Shown: positions 27,751-41,891, counted from the stretch's first letter. The stretch: DNA of 64,000 nucleotides from Octopus sinensis (GCF_006345805.1 NC_043001.1:108934001-108998000), one strand, 5' to 3'. Notes: generated by a model from the letters alone, not told the origin. A program made the numbers and translations.

Positions 27751-28424
27751 GTTCATATCGCGCGGCGCGATATGAACATTTAAGATGGTTTTAAGGTCAG
27801 GGTTTTGACTGCTATTTCAGCATGGTGGTATCTCTCAGATACCCTAATTTATAGTTTTAAATAATTATTACCTTTGTATGGTATTTATTCCCATGCTGGC
27901 CACTTGATAAGATCGATATTTGAATATCGATATTATCCTTATTTATAAATATAACTGTTACGTTATGTTGGCAAGTAATCTTTACACACACAAGTTAATG
28001 TTTAGATTTAAATTTAAAATTCAAACTGCGTTTTGGATATGTTTCTAGTAGTACGCCGACAAAGCACGTTCACTGCTTACGGCTACCTGACGTCATCCAC
28101 GGTAATTGCACACTCGTCGCTGGATCTGTGTTAAGAATTTCTCAGAGCACGTTCAATATAGTAGAAACAATAGATACAGAAAATAGAGTATTCTGGAAAT
28201 TTTATTTATCACAACGATCGTTTCGACACATCCTGCATCGCTCTCTCGTGGGTAGGAAATTATACAATGAAATTATTCAATAATACAGTGCACAGTCGAG
28301 AGTGCACAGTGCCCAGTCGACAGTGCATAGTGCACTCCACAGTGCAGGGGTACTGTGGGGTGCACTGTAATTCATTGTATAATAATATATATAGTTATAT
28401 TCTATATGACATTTAGTGACAGTT

Positions 28425-28560
28425 GTAACTGGAGTCGACTTCAACGGCTGAAGCTCTATACTCTCCAACGCCGCCGTGCACCACGTGGAAACTATTCCAT
28501 CTATATTATCCAAATGATATCGGTATTATGTTTACGATTTACTCAAGACGAGGCCCCCTC
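28425..28560 (+). mobile_element. CR1-like LINE fragment
   Basis: WSRLQRLKLYTLQRRR followed by /PNDIGIMFTIYSRRGP resembles the CR1 YWERLxxLKLYSLxRRR motif. Confidence 0.55.
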
Positions 28561-28923
28561 GTGTCATATGCACCCTGCAGAATTAGATTGCAAGCTGAGT
28601 TGAGCTCGGACATTGCTTCGGCCTAGTGTCTCCTCCACTGGCTAGTTAGTACGGTATAATTTACATTATATTAGTTAAGTATCTTTAACTATGATTTCAG
28701 ACGTGGTTATTATAATATATCGTTGCTTTTATAGCAATTATATTCATTTCTCGTTTATTGGTTATTTGTGGCGTATATAACTGATTGAAGTTAATAGACT
28801 ATTACATGAAGCAATAAAACACATCTGGATAAAAGTAATGGTGTTTGTTTGAAATAAACGCCGCGTTAATGAAAGACAAGTCGCTTGCGGTACGTTCACT
28901 GTATTTATATAAATATATGTGCG

Positions 28924-28982
<59 letters not shown>

Positions 28983-29012
28983 GCACATATAAAACTTATA
29001 TCTTCGTTGGTG

Positions 29013-29044
<32 letters not shown>

Positions 29045-29181
29045 CTCGGGTTCATAATACATATTTAGGTATTATATAAATATATATTACATCTCTATAA
29101 AATAATATATATACACATGTATATACACACATACATACATACATACATACATACACACACATACATACATACATACATATA

Positions 29182-29214
<33 letters not shown>

Positions 29215-29642
29215 TTGCATATATATATACATAGTTATGTATAATACAGATATCAATGGGCACATGTATATAATATGAGTATGTATATATGTTCATATAT
29301 TCACATGTACACACAAACACCGTCACACACAATAGACAGGCAAATAGATAGATAGATAGATAGATAGATAAATAAATAGATAGATAGAGAGATAGACGGA
29401 CAGGCAGAGAGACAGATGGATAGAGATACAATATAAATCAAATAAAAGTAATTTAAAAATATTTGAGTCAACATTATTTGTAGTGTGGAGTTTACTTAAA
29501 GTTAAATATCAAAATTTCGCGTACGCCACCGATAAAGTAACTTGTCTATGTTATATAAAGAATGTGATTTGATGGAAAATGGTTTACCTAAAAAGTAAGT
29601 GAAATACTATATTGTCCTGTATATATAGAAATTAAGCAATAT

Positions 29643-29709
<67 letters not shown>

Positions 29710-30080
29710 GTATATACATATATGTATACTTATATTAAAGGCATTACTATACATAAATGCCTCACACTAGGTGGGACTCTTAAAGTAAAAACCACCATAA
29801 TAAATAAACACATTGTACCGACCACGAGCGAGCATTTTAAAAACAGAATTCAGCTGTATTTCATATGATTTCATAATTAGTGCACAAAATGCACTTTTTA
29901 ATCGTCAGTGCATGCATAATTTAAGATGCATATAAATGAACATAAATCAACATACCAGACGAACTGCAAATGTATCCGGCATAGTACATAGAATTTTTCA
30001 CACTTATATATCTAAAAGGCGGGATTTTCGAATTGGATTTCGGTACATGTGTTTATTCAGAATAAAATTCAGCACTGAAT

Positions 30081-30320
30081 ATATTCCAGTTAAATTTACA
30101 ATTGAAAAATAGGATAAAATCTTTATAAGAATTTATCAAGTAGTTAGCGTGAAAAACCTCACAAGGAAAAAATCCATCAATTATTCCTCTTAAATATATT
30201 TACTTATATTAAGGGCATTACTATTCATAAATGCCTCACGCCTGGAGGGACTCTTAAAGTCAAACCAACCATAATAAATAAGAGGAATAATTGATGGATT
30301 TTTCCCTCCAAAGTGAGATG
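30081..30320. repeat. AT-rich interspersed repeat with an internal 25-bp inverted repeat (Penelope-like inverted terminus, inferred)
   Basis: aaaaatccatcaattattcctctta (30168-30192) is the perfect complement of 30279-30303. The segment 30202-30281 also recurs at ~29728-29809. Confidence 0.55.
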
Positions 30321-30334
30321 TACTAACTATATAG

Positions 30335-30710
30335 AATATTCTCTTCTACTCTAAGTACAAACCCGAAAATTTTGGGGAAGGGGCCAGTCGATTAGATCGA
30401 TACCTGTACGCTACTGGTACATAATTTATCGACCGCGAAAGGATGAAAGGCAAAGTTGACTTCGGCGGAATTTTAACGAAATACCTATCTCTTTACTACC
30501 CACAAGGGATTAAACACAGAGAGGACAAACAAGGACAGACAAACGGATTAAGTCGATTATATCGACTCCAGTGCGTAACTGGTACTTAATCTATCGACCC
30601 CGAAAGGATGAAAGGCAAAGTCGACCTCGGCGGAATTTGAACTCAGAACGTAACGGCAGACGAAATATCGCTAAGCATTTCGCCCAGCGTGCTAACGTTT
30701 CTGCCAGCTC
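30335..30710 (-). mobile_element. SINE F2 A+B heterodimer
   Basis: Junction acgaaatac|ctatctctttac at ~30486. Confidence 0.85.
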
Positions 30711-30717
30711 GCCTTAT

Positions 30718-30902
30718 ATATTGACCGCTGGCTCCAAAAGCATTTTTTATTCTCTCTCTGTTTATTTCCTCGTGTTCCTTTCTGTTGAAGAGCATAGGCT
30801 CGAAACGTAAAGGACTCTGTCACCTTCGCGAGCGTTAAACTATATACCTGCTCATTGTTTATACATCTGCCTTCATCTTTTGTTTTTCTGTAAATTTCAG
30901 CT
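30718..30902 (+). mobile_element. Penelope-like short unit Y with hammerhead-like motif
   Basis: ccttt-CTGTTGA-a-gagc-atag-gctc-GAAA-cg-ta-aagg at 30777-30813; the unit ends in (TA)n. Confidence 0.7.
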
Positions 30903-30957
30903 ATATATATATAGCTGGTAATAATTATTTATTATTACACTATTTTATTATGTTTAA

Positions 30958-30989
<32 letters not shown>

Positions 30990-31764
30990 TATATGTATAT
31001 ATATAGACACACACACACACACATATATATATTCCATATATATGTATATATATATATGTGTTTATGTGTATGTGTGCGTGTCTGAGTGTGTGTGTGTGTG
31101 AAATATAGGCATGTTTATTTCTATTCCTTTAAATATAGTAAATTTGAAACTTCGTGAAAGAACGTGTGCTTTAGGTGATAAATTTAACAATTACAATTGG
31201 CAACCAACAATTAATTACTAAGTAATTATGTATGAAAAATGACGGAATATGATAATAACAGGTATTATGATAAAAGTGTTAGAAAAAAAAACAATGTTAC
31301 GAAGATGAGAAATGGATGCCAGATGGGTTTGCAGAGAAAGACAAAGAAGATAAATGTAGACAGAGGCTTAAATTTTTTATAAAAACAGTAAAAATATAAG
31401 ACACACGCGCACTCTGTCTCTTTGTCTCTCTCTCCCTCCCCCCCTCTCTCTCTCACACACACACACGCTTTTATGTGTGTGTGTATCTGTGTGAAATCGT
31501 TTGTGTGTGTGTGCGTGTGTGTGCGTGCATTTAAGAAGTATTTAAAATGAAATACTTGATTTGATTTGATTTGTACTAGTTTCAGCTCATGAGCTGTGGC
31601 AATTCTGTGGCACCGCCATTTGGTGTTGCTACATAATTTTACTTCACTAATTCTTTATAGAAATTGACGTTTTGTGCATGAGGAAGTTTGATGCTGCTAC
31701 CCTCAAAAACTTATAAAATTAATTAAAATATGTAATAACTTAGATAACTTAGATTAGTTTCGGC

Positions 31765-32050
31765 CATTATCGGCCCAGGTCCTGTCTAACTCAATAGCAC
31801 CAACTGGAAAAGTATTTTAGTTAATTATTTCGGGACACCACGGATCAAGCAGAGAGTTGTTGTTGGTTGAGACGTATCCACGTGTAGGGGTTTATCCTGT
31901 ATTTCCTGGAAGAATTTATCTTGGTAGCGTTTGAAAATTGTGGGGTCTTTTTCTACTTTAATTTCTTTCGGGATAACATTGAAAAGTGCGGGACCATTTG
32001 CAGTGAAGAAATTGTGTCACAATGTTCGTATGTAATGTCATCTTGGCTTT
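31765..32050 (-). mobile_element. CR1-like LINE 3' end
   Basis: The minus strand gives HNFFTANGPALFNVIPKEIKVEKDPTIFKRYQDKFFQEIQDKP, the CR1 RT C-terminal GPxLFN motif. Confidence 0.75.
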
Positions 32051-32702
32051 TCCGTCGACCTCGGCGGAATTTGAACTCAGAACGTAACGGCAGACGAAAT
32101 ACCTATTTCTTTACTACCCATAAGGGGCTAAACACAGAGGGGACAAACAAGGACAGACAAACGGATTAAGTCGATTAATTCGACCCCAGTGCGTAACTGG
32201 TACTTAATTTATCGACTCCGAAAGGATAAAAGGCAAAGTCGACCTCGGTGGAATTTGAACTTAGAATGTAGCGGCAGACGAAATACCTATATCTTTACTA
32301 CCCACAAGGAGCTAAACGCAGAGAGTTCAAACAAGGATAGACAAACGGATTAACTCGATTATATCGACCCCAGTGCGTAACTCGTACTTAATTTATCGAC
32401 TTCGAAGGATGAAAAGCAAAGTCGGCCTCGGCGGAATTTAAACTCAGAACGTAACGGTAGACGAAATACCTATTTCTTTATTACCCACAAGGAGCTAAAC
32501 GCAGAGAGTTCAAAGAAGGACAGACATACGTATTAAGTCGATTACATCGGCCCCAGTGCGTAACTGGTACTTAATTTATCGATCCCGAAAGGATGAAAGG
32601 CAAAGCCGACCTCGGCAGAATTTGAACTCAGAACGTAAAGACATACGAAATACAGCCAAGCATTTCTCCCGGCGTGCTAACGATTCTGCCAGCTCATCGC
32701 CT
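32050..32702 (-). mobile_element. SINE F2 concatemer (one full A monomer, two headless A monomers and a partial fourth)
   Basis: The junction agacgaaatac|ctat(t/a)tcttta occurs at ~32103, ~32287 and ~32470. Confidence 0.88.
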
Positions 32703-33034
32703 TGTTGCCAATATATAATGAAATGATAGTAAATGGATTACTTAGGCGGTGTTTCTTTATAATCGGATATTTATCTGTTGAGAACAAAACCAAATCAAAA
32801 ACCGCTGTCTAGCAAAACTACTAAAACATAATGTATTATATATAATTCCATTTAAAGCAATAATGTATTAAAGTGGGTGGGTTATTGACAGACGTATAAC
32901 AGCTTGGAAGTTTTGCGTCCAAACTTCAAATACGATTAGAATCAAATTTGCCTTTTATTCCCCCAGATCGATAAAATAATTATCAAACCTATACTCTGGG
33001 CAATTCAATCGATTTATACCTACCACTTATAAAT

Positions 33035-33252
33035 AGTGGTTTCAAATTTTGGCACAAGACCAGCACTTTCGGGGGAGTGGTAATTAGATTACATTGAACC
33101 CAGTTCTCAAATGGTGCATATTTTGTCTGATCCCCCGAAAGTATGAAAGATAAAGTCGACCTCGGTGGAATTTGAACTCAGAACGTAAAGATGGATGAAA
33201 CGCCGCCAAGTACTTTACCTGACGCGGTAGCGATCCTGCCAGCTCGCCGCTT
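33035..33252 (-). mobile_element. Older SINE F2-B
   Basis: Diverged F2 head, core and B tail. Confidence 0.7.
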
Positions 33253-33324
33253 TATCCCTTGTAAATATTGAACTTGTATCAGTATGAAAAAGCAGGGTAG
33301 TAATTGAAGACCAAGTAACTTAAA

Positions 33325-33595
33325 GTGGAGGCACATATAGCCTAGCAGTTAGAGCAGCGGACTCGCAGTCGAGAGATCGCGGGTTCGAATTTCAGACCGG
33401 GCGATGTGTGTGTCTATGAGCGAAACACCTAAGATCCACGCGACTCCGACAGAAGGTAATTGCGAACTTCTGCTGACTCTTTCGCCACAACTTTCTTTCA
33501 CTCTTTCCTCCTGCATATTGCAGCTCACCCCTGCGACGAACCCATACTCCACGGAAACCTTATGAACCAGGCGTGGCTCGAGAAGGAACAAACAA
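33325..33595 (+). mobile_element. tRNA-derived SINE F4
   Basis: gtggaggcac...cctagcagttagagc...gggttcgaatttc (A/B boxes); homologous to 53631-53929. Confidence 0.8.
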
Positions 33596-33620
33596 GTAAC
33601 TTAAAACTGTTCTCTCTTAC

Positions 33621-33664
33621 TAACGTGTGGGAAAACAGTCTACAAATGTTATCTCTTATGTCAA
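33621..33664 (-). CDS. Speculative 44-nt exon (xDIRDNICRLFSHTL)
   Basis: catatttacAG acceptor, GTAAGA donor, one open frame (phase 1 to 0). Confidence 0.2.
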
Positions 33665-34689
33665 CTGTAAATATGAACGTTGGGAAATCAATGAGTTTAA
33701 TTGAATAATCACACAAAACATATTCTATACTAGCTGTGTATAGACAATAAGCTGTTCAGCATTGGAGAAATATAAACCACGGCAGAATTCCCTATTGATT
33801 ACAATATTAAACACAATTGTCATTACTGGAATCAGACCTACTAATTACGATCAAATTAATTAAATTAAACACTTAAATGGAAAGCAAACAAACAAAAAAA
33901 AAGACGAAAAGAAAGCAGAGAATGTAACAATACTACGATGCTCTCCTGTATAAACTGAAAGAGAAATACCAAGCAACTGACCAACCAGCCGACCGACCGA
34001 CTGACCGACCGACCGACTGACCGTCCGACCGATCAGTTTGTCTAATATATGTGACCTACAGGATAAGAATGCACAGACCAAGGAACATGATGAAGTTTCA
34101 ATAAAAAGTAATAACACACACACACACACAAAGGATATCAGTGGAAGAGAAATCAAAATCGGAAACACAAGTATGTTTAATGCGCCAGCATGCATCAACA
34201 TATATTTATATATATATTGATGTACAACAACAAAAGAGTTGATTGAAAAATAACGCAGGCGTTCGTTTTATATCCTTAATATAAACACTTTCTAGTCTTA
34301 TGTAACATAAAGAATTGAATTTTTATTTATCGGATGAAATTATTCTCTGAATTTAGTAGACATAAATCAATTTACTTCTAGTACTGTTTAAAACCTACAA
34401 AATTCTAAAAAAAAAAAAAGAAACGTATGGGAGATAACCCCGATAAGTTCAGTTGATCGAAATTATTAGACAATAAAGGTCAGAGAGGATTTGCTGGGAG
34501 AAGCGAACTGACGAGTACAATACTCGTATTTTGGTTTTATTTCATCTCTCCAATGAATTTTATGCTAATAGATAAAAGCTATTAATTATCAATATTTATA
34601 TTGGAATAGAAGCAACTTAATTATAATGATGATTAAGGGAATCGACAGAACGACTGAGCCAAAATATTCCAAAGGAAAGTAGTCTTTTG

Positions 34690-35070
34690 TTGTTTTACTT
34701 GTTCCAGTCATTTGATTGCGCCATGCTGGAGCACTGCCTTTAGTCGAACAAATCGACCCAAGGACTTATTCTTTGTAAACCTAGTACTTATTATATCGGT
34801 CGCTTTTGCCGAACCGCTAAGTACGGGGACGTAAACACACCAGCATCGGTTGTCAAGCGATGTTCGAGGGACAAACACGGACACACAAACATATACACGC
34901 ATACACATATATATATAAAACAATATAGATATACATATACGACGGGCTTCTTCCAGTTTCCGTCTACCAAATCCACTCACAAAGCTTTGGTCTGCTCCTG
35001 GCTATCGCAGAAGACACTTGACCAAGGTTCCACGCAGTGTAACTGAACCCATGGCCACGTGGTTGGTAAG
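34690..35070 (-). mobile_element. SINE F1, full length
   Basis: Reverse complement of the F1 head, internal repeat and tail. Confidence 0.85.
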
Positions 35071-35392
35071 CAAGCTACTTTATTTCAAAAGTTTTTGCCA
35101 TAAAGGCATGATACAGAGTAGCTTGCGGGCTGGACAGAAACATTGATGAGATGAATGATGAAATAAAATGATATTAATAGGAGAAGACAAAAAAAAGCAC
35201 GCCGATCTTTTGCTTCTCTAAAACATTATTTTTTACACAAAAGCAAACCGAGGTATTGAACCTCTTCCGTTTTACAGTTAATGGATTTAATAGTTCATTT
35301 ACAAATTGAAACATTATTATTTTTAACACAAAAAAAAAAACAGACCGAGGTACTGAATCTCTTATTTCCGTTTTTCCAATTATTGGGCTTAA

Positions 35393-35740
35393 TAGTATTT
35401 CGCCTGCCGCTGCGTTCTGAGTTCAAATTCCGCCGAGGTCGACTTTGCCTTTCATCCTTTCGGGGTTGATTAAATAAGTACCAGTTACGCACTGGGGTCG
35501 ATATAATCGACTTAATCCGTTGGTTTGTCCTTGTTTGTCCTCTCTGTGTTTAGCCCCTTGTGGGTAGTAAAGAAATGAGTATTTCATCTGCCGCTACGTT
35601 CTGAGTTCAAATTCCGCCGAGGTCGACTTTGCCTTTCATCCTTTCGGGGTCGATGAAATTAAGTACCAGTTGCATACTGCGGTCGATCGAATCAACTGGC
35701 GCCCTCCCTCAAAATTTCGAGCTTTGTGCCTAGAGCAGAA
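35393..35740 (+). mobile_element. SINE F2 A+B heterodimer (5'-truncated)
   Basis: Junction gtaaagaaatga|gtatttcatctgcc at ~35579. Confidence 0.85.
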
Positions 35741-35744
35741 AATA

Positions 35745-36030
35745 TTATCGTCCGTTTTGCTAGCTCATGTAGTCTCCAGTTAAGAACACCATAACAACTT
35801 ATAACTAGGACAGCTTAAAGCATTAATCTCTTTTATCTTACTTTTTGCATTTAGCTCTGTTTTAAGTATTTATCAAATTCGTTTATAATATTCCTTCCCT
35901 CCTGCTTCATTTGTGTATGTCATTCCCTATTTAGTTCATTGATTCCTAAGTATTTGTATGTCTGGGTTTGTTTTGGTATTCTTAGCTCTATTTCTTTTTA
36001 GCTCTATTTCCTTTTCTAGTATAATATGGT
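35745..36030 (-). mobile_element. Dong/R4-like LINE RT fragment
   Basis: The minus strand gives TQTYKYLGINE.../KEYYKRI**ILKTELNAKSKIKEINAL.../GVLNWRLHELAKR. Confidence 0.7.
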
Positions 36031-36286
36031 TGTTCTTCAAATTGCTGTGAAGACTTATTGATATCTTATAACGTGTAACATTTCATAAACGTATTTCTTA
36101 CAATTAAAACTGCTTGCTTACCTTTCGTCTTTGGTATTCGCTCGGAACTTTGTCTTTCATCTAGTCAACTCTTGTGCTTCTGGAGTATTAAACCCGGATT
36201 AAGAAGTCGGACTGAAAGAATTCGAACTTTCCAAGTTTTAACAAACTAGTTTCTTCTCACCCCAGACATGCATGCACACATCATCG

Positions 36287-36381
<95 letters not shown>

Positions 36382-36526
36382 CACACACTATGTAATTAAA
36401 TATGCTGATTATATGACCGAAATGACAGTTTTAAACAAACTATGAGTGAATGATTGCAAATTTATTCGCCTGAAACCATCGTTAACGCATTAAATGAACT
36501 CATTAATATATATATATATATATATA

Positions 36527-36750
36527 TGTCTTTGAAAACGCCTTTCTTACCTCATTTCCTTCCGGTCTTTCAAAATGTGACCACGTGTGTACCGTTGGCG
36601 ATTTTTTTCCTCTGTCTTCCCTTCTCTGGATCTTTCCTTCTCCTATGTTTTCGACGAAGAGCTCCGCTCGAAACGTTAAACCCTCCTTCTTTCCTTCTTC
36701 CTGAGCGTCCTCGCGTTGTTGTGTTTTTTGTGCTTTCTTGTTTGGATTAA
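36527..36750 (+). mobile_element. Penelope-like short unit X with a mutated hammerhead core, flanked by (TA)n
   Basis: gttt-tcgacga-a-gagc-tcc-gctc-GAAA-cg-tt-aaac; homologous to 48308-48527. Confidence 0.7.
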
Positions 36751-36751
36751 C

Positions 36752-36820
<69 letters not shown>

Positions 36821-37149
36821 TCTATATATTTATATACACACTCACACACATACAGAGGAATGATTCTCTTGGGACATTTATGAATGAGTGTGTGTGTGTG
36901 TTTGTATGTGTGTGTATGTGTGTGTGTGTGTGTGTGCGTGCGCACGTATATTTCTTGGTGCGTGAAAATTTCCCTTGCACTGCTTTTAAAACACTGAATA
37001 TTTATATCTTCTATTCAAATCATATCTGGTTGTGTGTCCAAAGGAATCGACATTTTATTTTAAAATCTATGATATTGTTTGAAAAATAAATGAAATAAAT
37101 GAATAAATATAGAAAGAAAGAAACACACAACAATAGTAGCAGAGCCACC

Positions 37150-38109
37150 ACCCAGCACCACCACCACCACCACAACCACAACCACCACCACCACAACCAC
37201 CATCGCCATCACCACTACCGCTGCCACCACAACCACCACCACCATCACCACTACCGCCGCCACCACCACCACCACCACCACCATCACCACCACCACCACC
37301 ACCCCAACACAACCACCATCGCCATCACCACTACCGCCGCCACCACAACCACCACCACCATCACCACTACCGCCGCCACCACCACCACCATCACCACCAC
37401 CACCACCACCACAACCACCACCACCATCACCACTACCGCCGCCGCCGCCGCCGCCACCACCACCACCACCACCACCACCGAATGCAAGAACGGAATAGCG
37501 ACGTTGACAAAGGCATTCAAAGCGAATAATAATGATTACAGGAACGATTTTAACATTCTCTTTTCTCATCAGTTTCCGATTTTTCCTCCAACACCTCTTC
37601 CCCCTTCACACCTGTACTCGTTCCTCGTTCTCTCTTCACCTTCACCTTCTTCATCATCATCAACTCCAGCATGAGCAGCAGAAGATGATGCAGCAGCAAC
37701 CACAGAAGCAGCAACAGTAGCTACATTATCATCATTATCATCATCATCATCATCGTCATCATCGTCATCATCGCCATCATCATCATCGTCGCCATCATCA
37801 TCATAATTGTCATCATCATCATCATCATCATCGTCATCATCGTCATCTTCGCCATCATCGTCATCATCGCCATCATCATCATCATCATTGTCATCATCAT
37901 CGCCAACATCGGCATCATCATCATCATCATCATCATCATCATTATCATCTTCAGCAGTCACATCAGCATGGATTTTATTAATACTGTTGTCATCAGTGTG
38001 AACGAGATCAAATAGATCAACTTCCACAATATCAATAAATGAAACAAAAAAAAACAAACAAACAATAAAAGTTACCATGAACTTGATAATAGCAATTGTA
38101 GTAAATATG

Positions 38110-38149
<40 letters not shown>

Positions 38150-38820
38150 TAATTATATTGGTAACAAAAGCTTAGGAGAACAGAACGATATAGAAACACC
38201 CACCACAAAACACACTAAACAGCAACAACAACAACAACAAGCATATCATCATTATCATTATCCTTGATATCGTCTTCATCATCATCACCATTGTCGTCAG
38301 TATCATCATCATCATCATCATCATCATCTTTATGATCGTCGAACGATCATGATCATGATTATCATCGTCATTATCTTCGACGCCGTCGTCGTCATCATCA
38401 TCATCGCCATCATCGTCATAATCGTCACCATCATCATCATTGCCAACGTCATCATCATCACCATCATTATCATCATCACAATCATCATCATCGCCATCGT
38501 CATCATGATCATCATCGTCGCCATCATCATCATCGTTGTCTTCGTCGTCATCATCATCGTTTTCATCATCATCATCGTCGTCGTCGTCATCATCATCGTG
38601 ATCATCGCCATCATCGTCACCATCATCATCAGCAGCAGCAGCAGCATCATCATCAACATCATCTTTATGATCGTCGTCATGATTATGATTATGATCATCA
38701 TCGTCATTATTATCGTCGGCATCGTCATCATCATCATCGTCGTCGTTGTCATCAACATCATCATCACCAACAACAACAAAACCACCCCGCCAACCACCAC
38801 CATATCGCCGCCAGCTACGT
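37150..38820. repeat. Trinucleotide field (CAC/CAT/GAT/AAT)
   Basis: Direct reading; this explains the poly-H/T/G/D/M/I ORFs on both strands. Confidence 0.92.
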
Positions 38821-39540
38821 CAACATGAACATGATCGAAAACAGTGTCATTTTATGTAACAGTAATAAAAAAGACAAATGATCACATTTGAAACAACAAC
38901 AACAACAGCAACAACATCATCAATAACAAGAACTTCAACGGCAACAACAATAATCAACTAATAACAAAAAAAAAAAAAAGACAACGAACAGGAAAGCAGT
39001 AAAACCTGTTTACATTTAATTTACTTTTATGATTCAAATGGCAAACAATCTCTTAAAACGCGCAAAAAATTGCATAAAAAAAAACTCCACGGTTGCAGGA
39101 ATTCGCGAATAATTAAGAAGTTTGTTTTCTAATCATGTGATTATAAGTTCAAACTCTCTAAACGGCATTCCAAACTCTCTGAACAAGGGCCGTTTGTTCT
39201 CAAGCTCTGGCCAATGCAAGCAGTGTGTGTGGACATTGTGAGCGTTTACAACGTAGAAAGCAGCGATGTAATCTGCATTCTTTCTAGGGAAATAACAACT
39301 CTAAACTGCCACTGTTTCTCATAGCAGTGCCATGCAATTTAGTACCTTTTACAAAGCCTTTAACAGAGTGAGTCCTCAACAAAGTTCTTCAATTGTAAAA
39401 ATGTCGACCAGCCAAAACCCCCCGGCTGGAAGTTCTACACACACACACACACACATACACAAACATATATATATATATAAATTAGAAAAAACACCTTTTA
39501 TCAATTCAAAATGAAGAATTAAGTAGGAATAGAAAAAGAC

Positions 39541-39742
39541 TGGTCATGCTGGAGCACCGCCTTTAGTCGAGCAAATCGACCCCAGGACTTATTCTTTGTA
39601 AGCCTAGTACATTTTCTATCGGTTTCTTTTGCCGAACCGCTAAGTTACGGGGACGTAAACACACCAGCATCGGTTGTCAAGCGATGTTGGGGGGACAAAC
39701 ACAGACACACAAAGATATACACACACATACATACATACATAC

Positions 39743-39795
<53 letters not shown>

Positions 39796-40277
39796 ATAAT
39801 ATATATATATATATAAAGACCCCTTAGGTCATGAGTGACCATGGGTTTGCACCTAGAGAGTTACCCTCTGAGGCACAAGTCTGGGCAAAGTTGTTTTATG
39901 GAAGACCAGTAGTCGCCCATGCATACCGGCCTCCCCTCTCCACGCCACCAGTGTTATCCAAGGGAAAGACAAAGGTCGATACAGCTTGGCACCAGTGACG
40001 TCGCAACTCATTTCTACAGCTGAGTGAACTGGAGCAACATGAAATAAAGTGTCTTGCTCAAGAACACAACACGCAGCCCGGTCCGGGATTCGAGCTCACA
40101 ACCTCACGATCGTAAGCTCGACGCTCTAACCACTGAGCCATATATACACATATATATACATATATATATATACATATATACATATATACGACAAGCTTCT
40201 TTCAGTTTACGTCTACCAAATCCACACACAAGGCTTTGGTCGGTCCAACGCTATAGTAAAAGACACTTGCCCAAGGA
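39541..40277 (-). mobile_element. SINE F1 split by a nested SINE F3 inside its internal microsatellite
   Basis: F1 tail 39541-39730, (TA)n, F3 39817-40140, (TA)n, then partial F1 head 40187-40277. Confidence 0.8.
39817..40140 (-). mobile_element. SINE F3 with tail type b
   Basis: Head ggctcagtggttagagcgtcgagc...gagctcgaatccc, F3 core, and a distinct tail ending catggtcactcatgacc. Confidence 0.8.
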
Positions 40278-41273
40278 AGCTATTTACCACAGCAGATCAT
40301 ACGTAACTTACATTTTTTTCTCTCACGCGGACCTCTATAATTGATTGTGAAAGACTGGGCATATTCGTCTCGAATTTCCTTATAAAGAAGAAAGAAAGAG
40401 CGAGGAGAGAGGGTGTTGTCATCCTTCAGTAACTTTTAACGAAAGGCGGAGGAGAGTGACCTGTATGGCCAGAGTGGAACTGTTCCTTTTCAGGGAACAC
40501 CTGTTGTCCTGACAACACAGTTGTGAGATAGCAATCCGAGTTGTGAGATTCCCTGCTTGGCCTGAGGCAACCGTCGCGCTGTTGAGGTGTTTCACAAAAT
40601 TTTGTCTACACTCATATATGTAATATTTTGTTTTCTCAATCGATTCTGAAACCCCACCCCAAAGATTTTTGTTATTTGTCTTCAAAATATTCCGTCACCT
40701 CTAGCCCCTATGGCAATGACAACCAAGTGATTATTATTATTATTATTTTCATTTTATTATTATCAATATTGTTAATATAAATAAAAATAATAAGAATGAT
40801 GCAAGTATAAGAGAATAATAAAAGAGCAATTATCAATATTGTTCAGTTGAACAATTTTTTTTTTGCCAAAATCCGTTTGAATTGTGAATAGAGCTTTAAT
40901 TGCAGAACCAAACGTGACTGAAGAAAATATTTGTTCTTCGTTCCTACAAACAATTGTAAAATTATTTCCCCATATTTTTGTTACTGTTTGTTTCTGTTTT
41001 GCAAAACTGGAAATAAAATATAGAATTATGGGAAACATGATTAAAAGATGTAAACACAAAATGACAATAACGGAGAATCTACCGGAAATGAAAACAGCAA
41101 ATAGAGGAACCAAACAAATATAATATGATAAATTAAAAATAAAATTAAAGAAAAGAGGAAAGAGTTTAATTGTTATTGGTGTTACGTATACGCAATTACA
41201 CGTATGCACACAATTAGATAAGTCGAAATTGAAGAACGAGAGATACATTTGCAACTGTATGTACCAGCAAACA

Positions 41274-41324
<51 letters not shown>

Positions 41325-41837
41325 GTGAATAGATGAATAATCTTCGAAACACGTGTAGAATGAAATAAAACGATTTTGTTCAATCTGCGTTCAGCTCCAT
41401 TTCTTCAATTCACAAAATGTTTTATATATATATATATGTATATATATAATATATATATATATATATGTTATATATATATAATGTATATCTATATTTATTT
41501 CTCTCTCTCTCATATATATATGTATATATATATATATTGTGTCAAAAGAATAGAAGAATTACGGAATGGAGTAGGAAAAATTCGGGCTACACATGTAATG
41601 AAGAGTAGCCGGCACTATGCACCTCACTTGGATTTTACCAGTTCTGAGGTTCCACTCGCTATGAAACATATGTCTACCGGATTTTTCCTACTCCATTGCG
41701 TAACTCTTGTATGTTTGTTTGTATGTATGTATGTATGTATGTATGTATGTATGTATGTATGTATGTATGTATTTATGTATGTATGTATGTATATATGTAT
41801 TTATGTATGTATGTGTGTATGCATGTATGCATGTATG

Positions 41838-41891
<54 letters not shown>

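Noticed and set aside
36121-36211. Minus-strand exon with AAG|GTAAGC donor and MKDKVPSEYQRRK
   Set aside because: All frames from the strong acceptor are closed, the ATG context is poor, and it is adjacent to a decayed LINE.
40419-40685. ORF containing CCQDNRC
   Set aside because: It has no convincing splice sites, no CN motif and no homology I can recognise.
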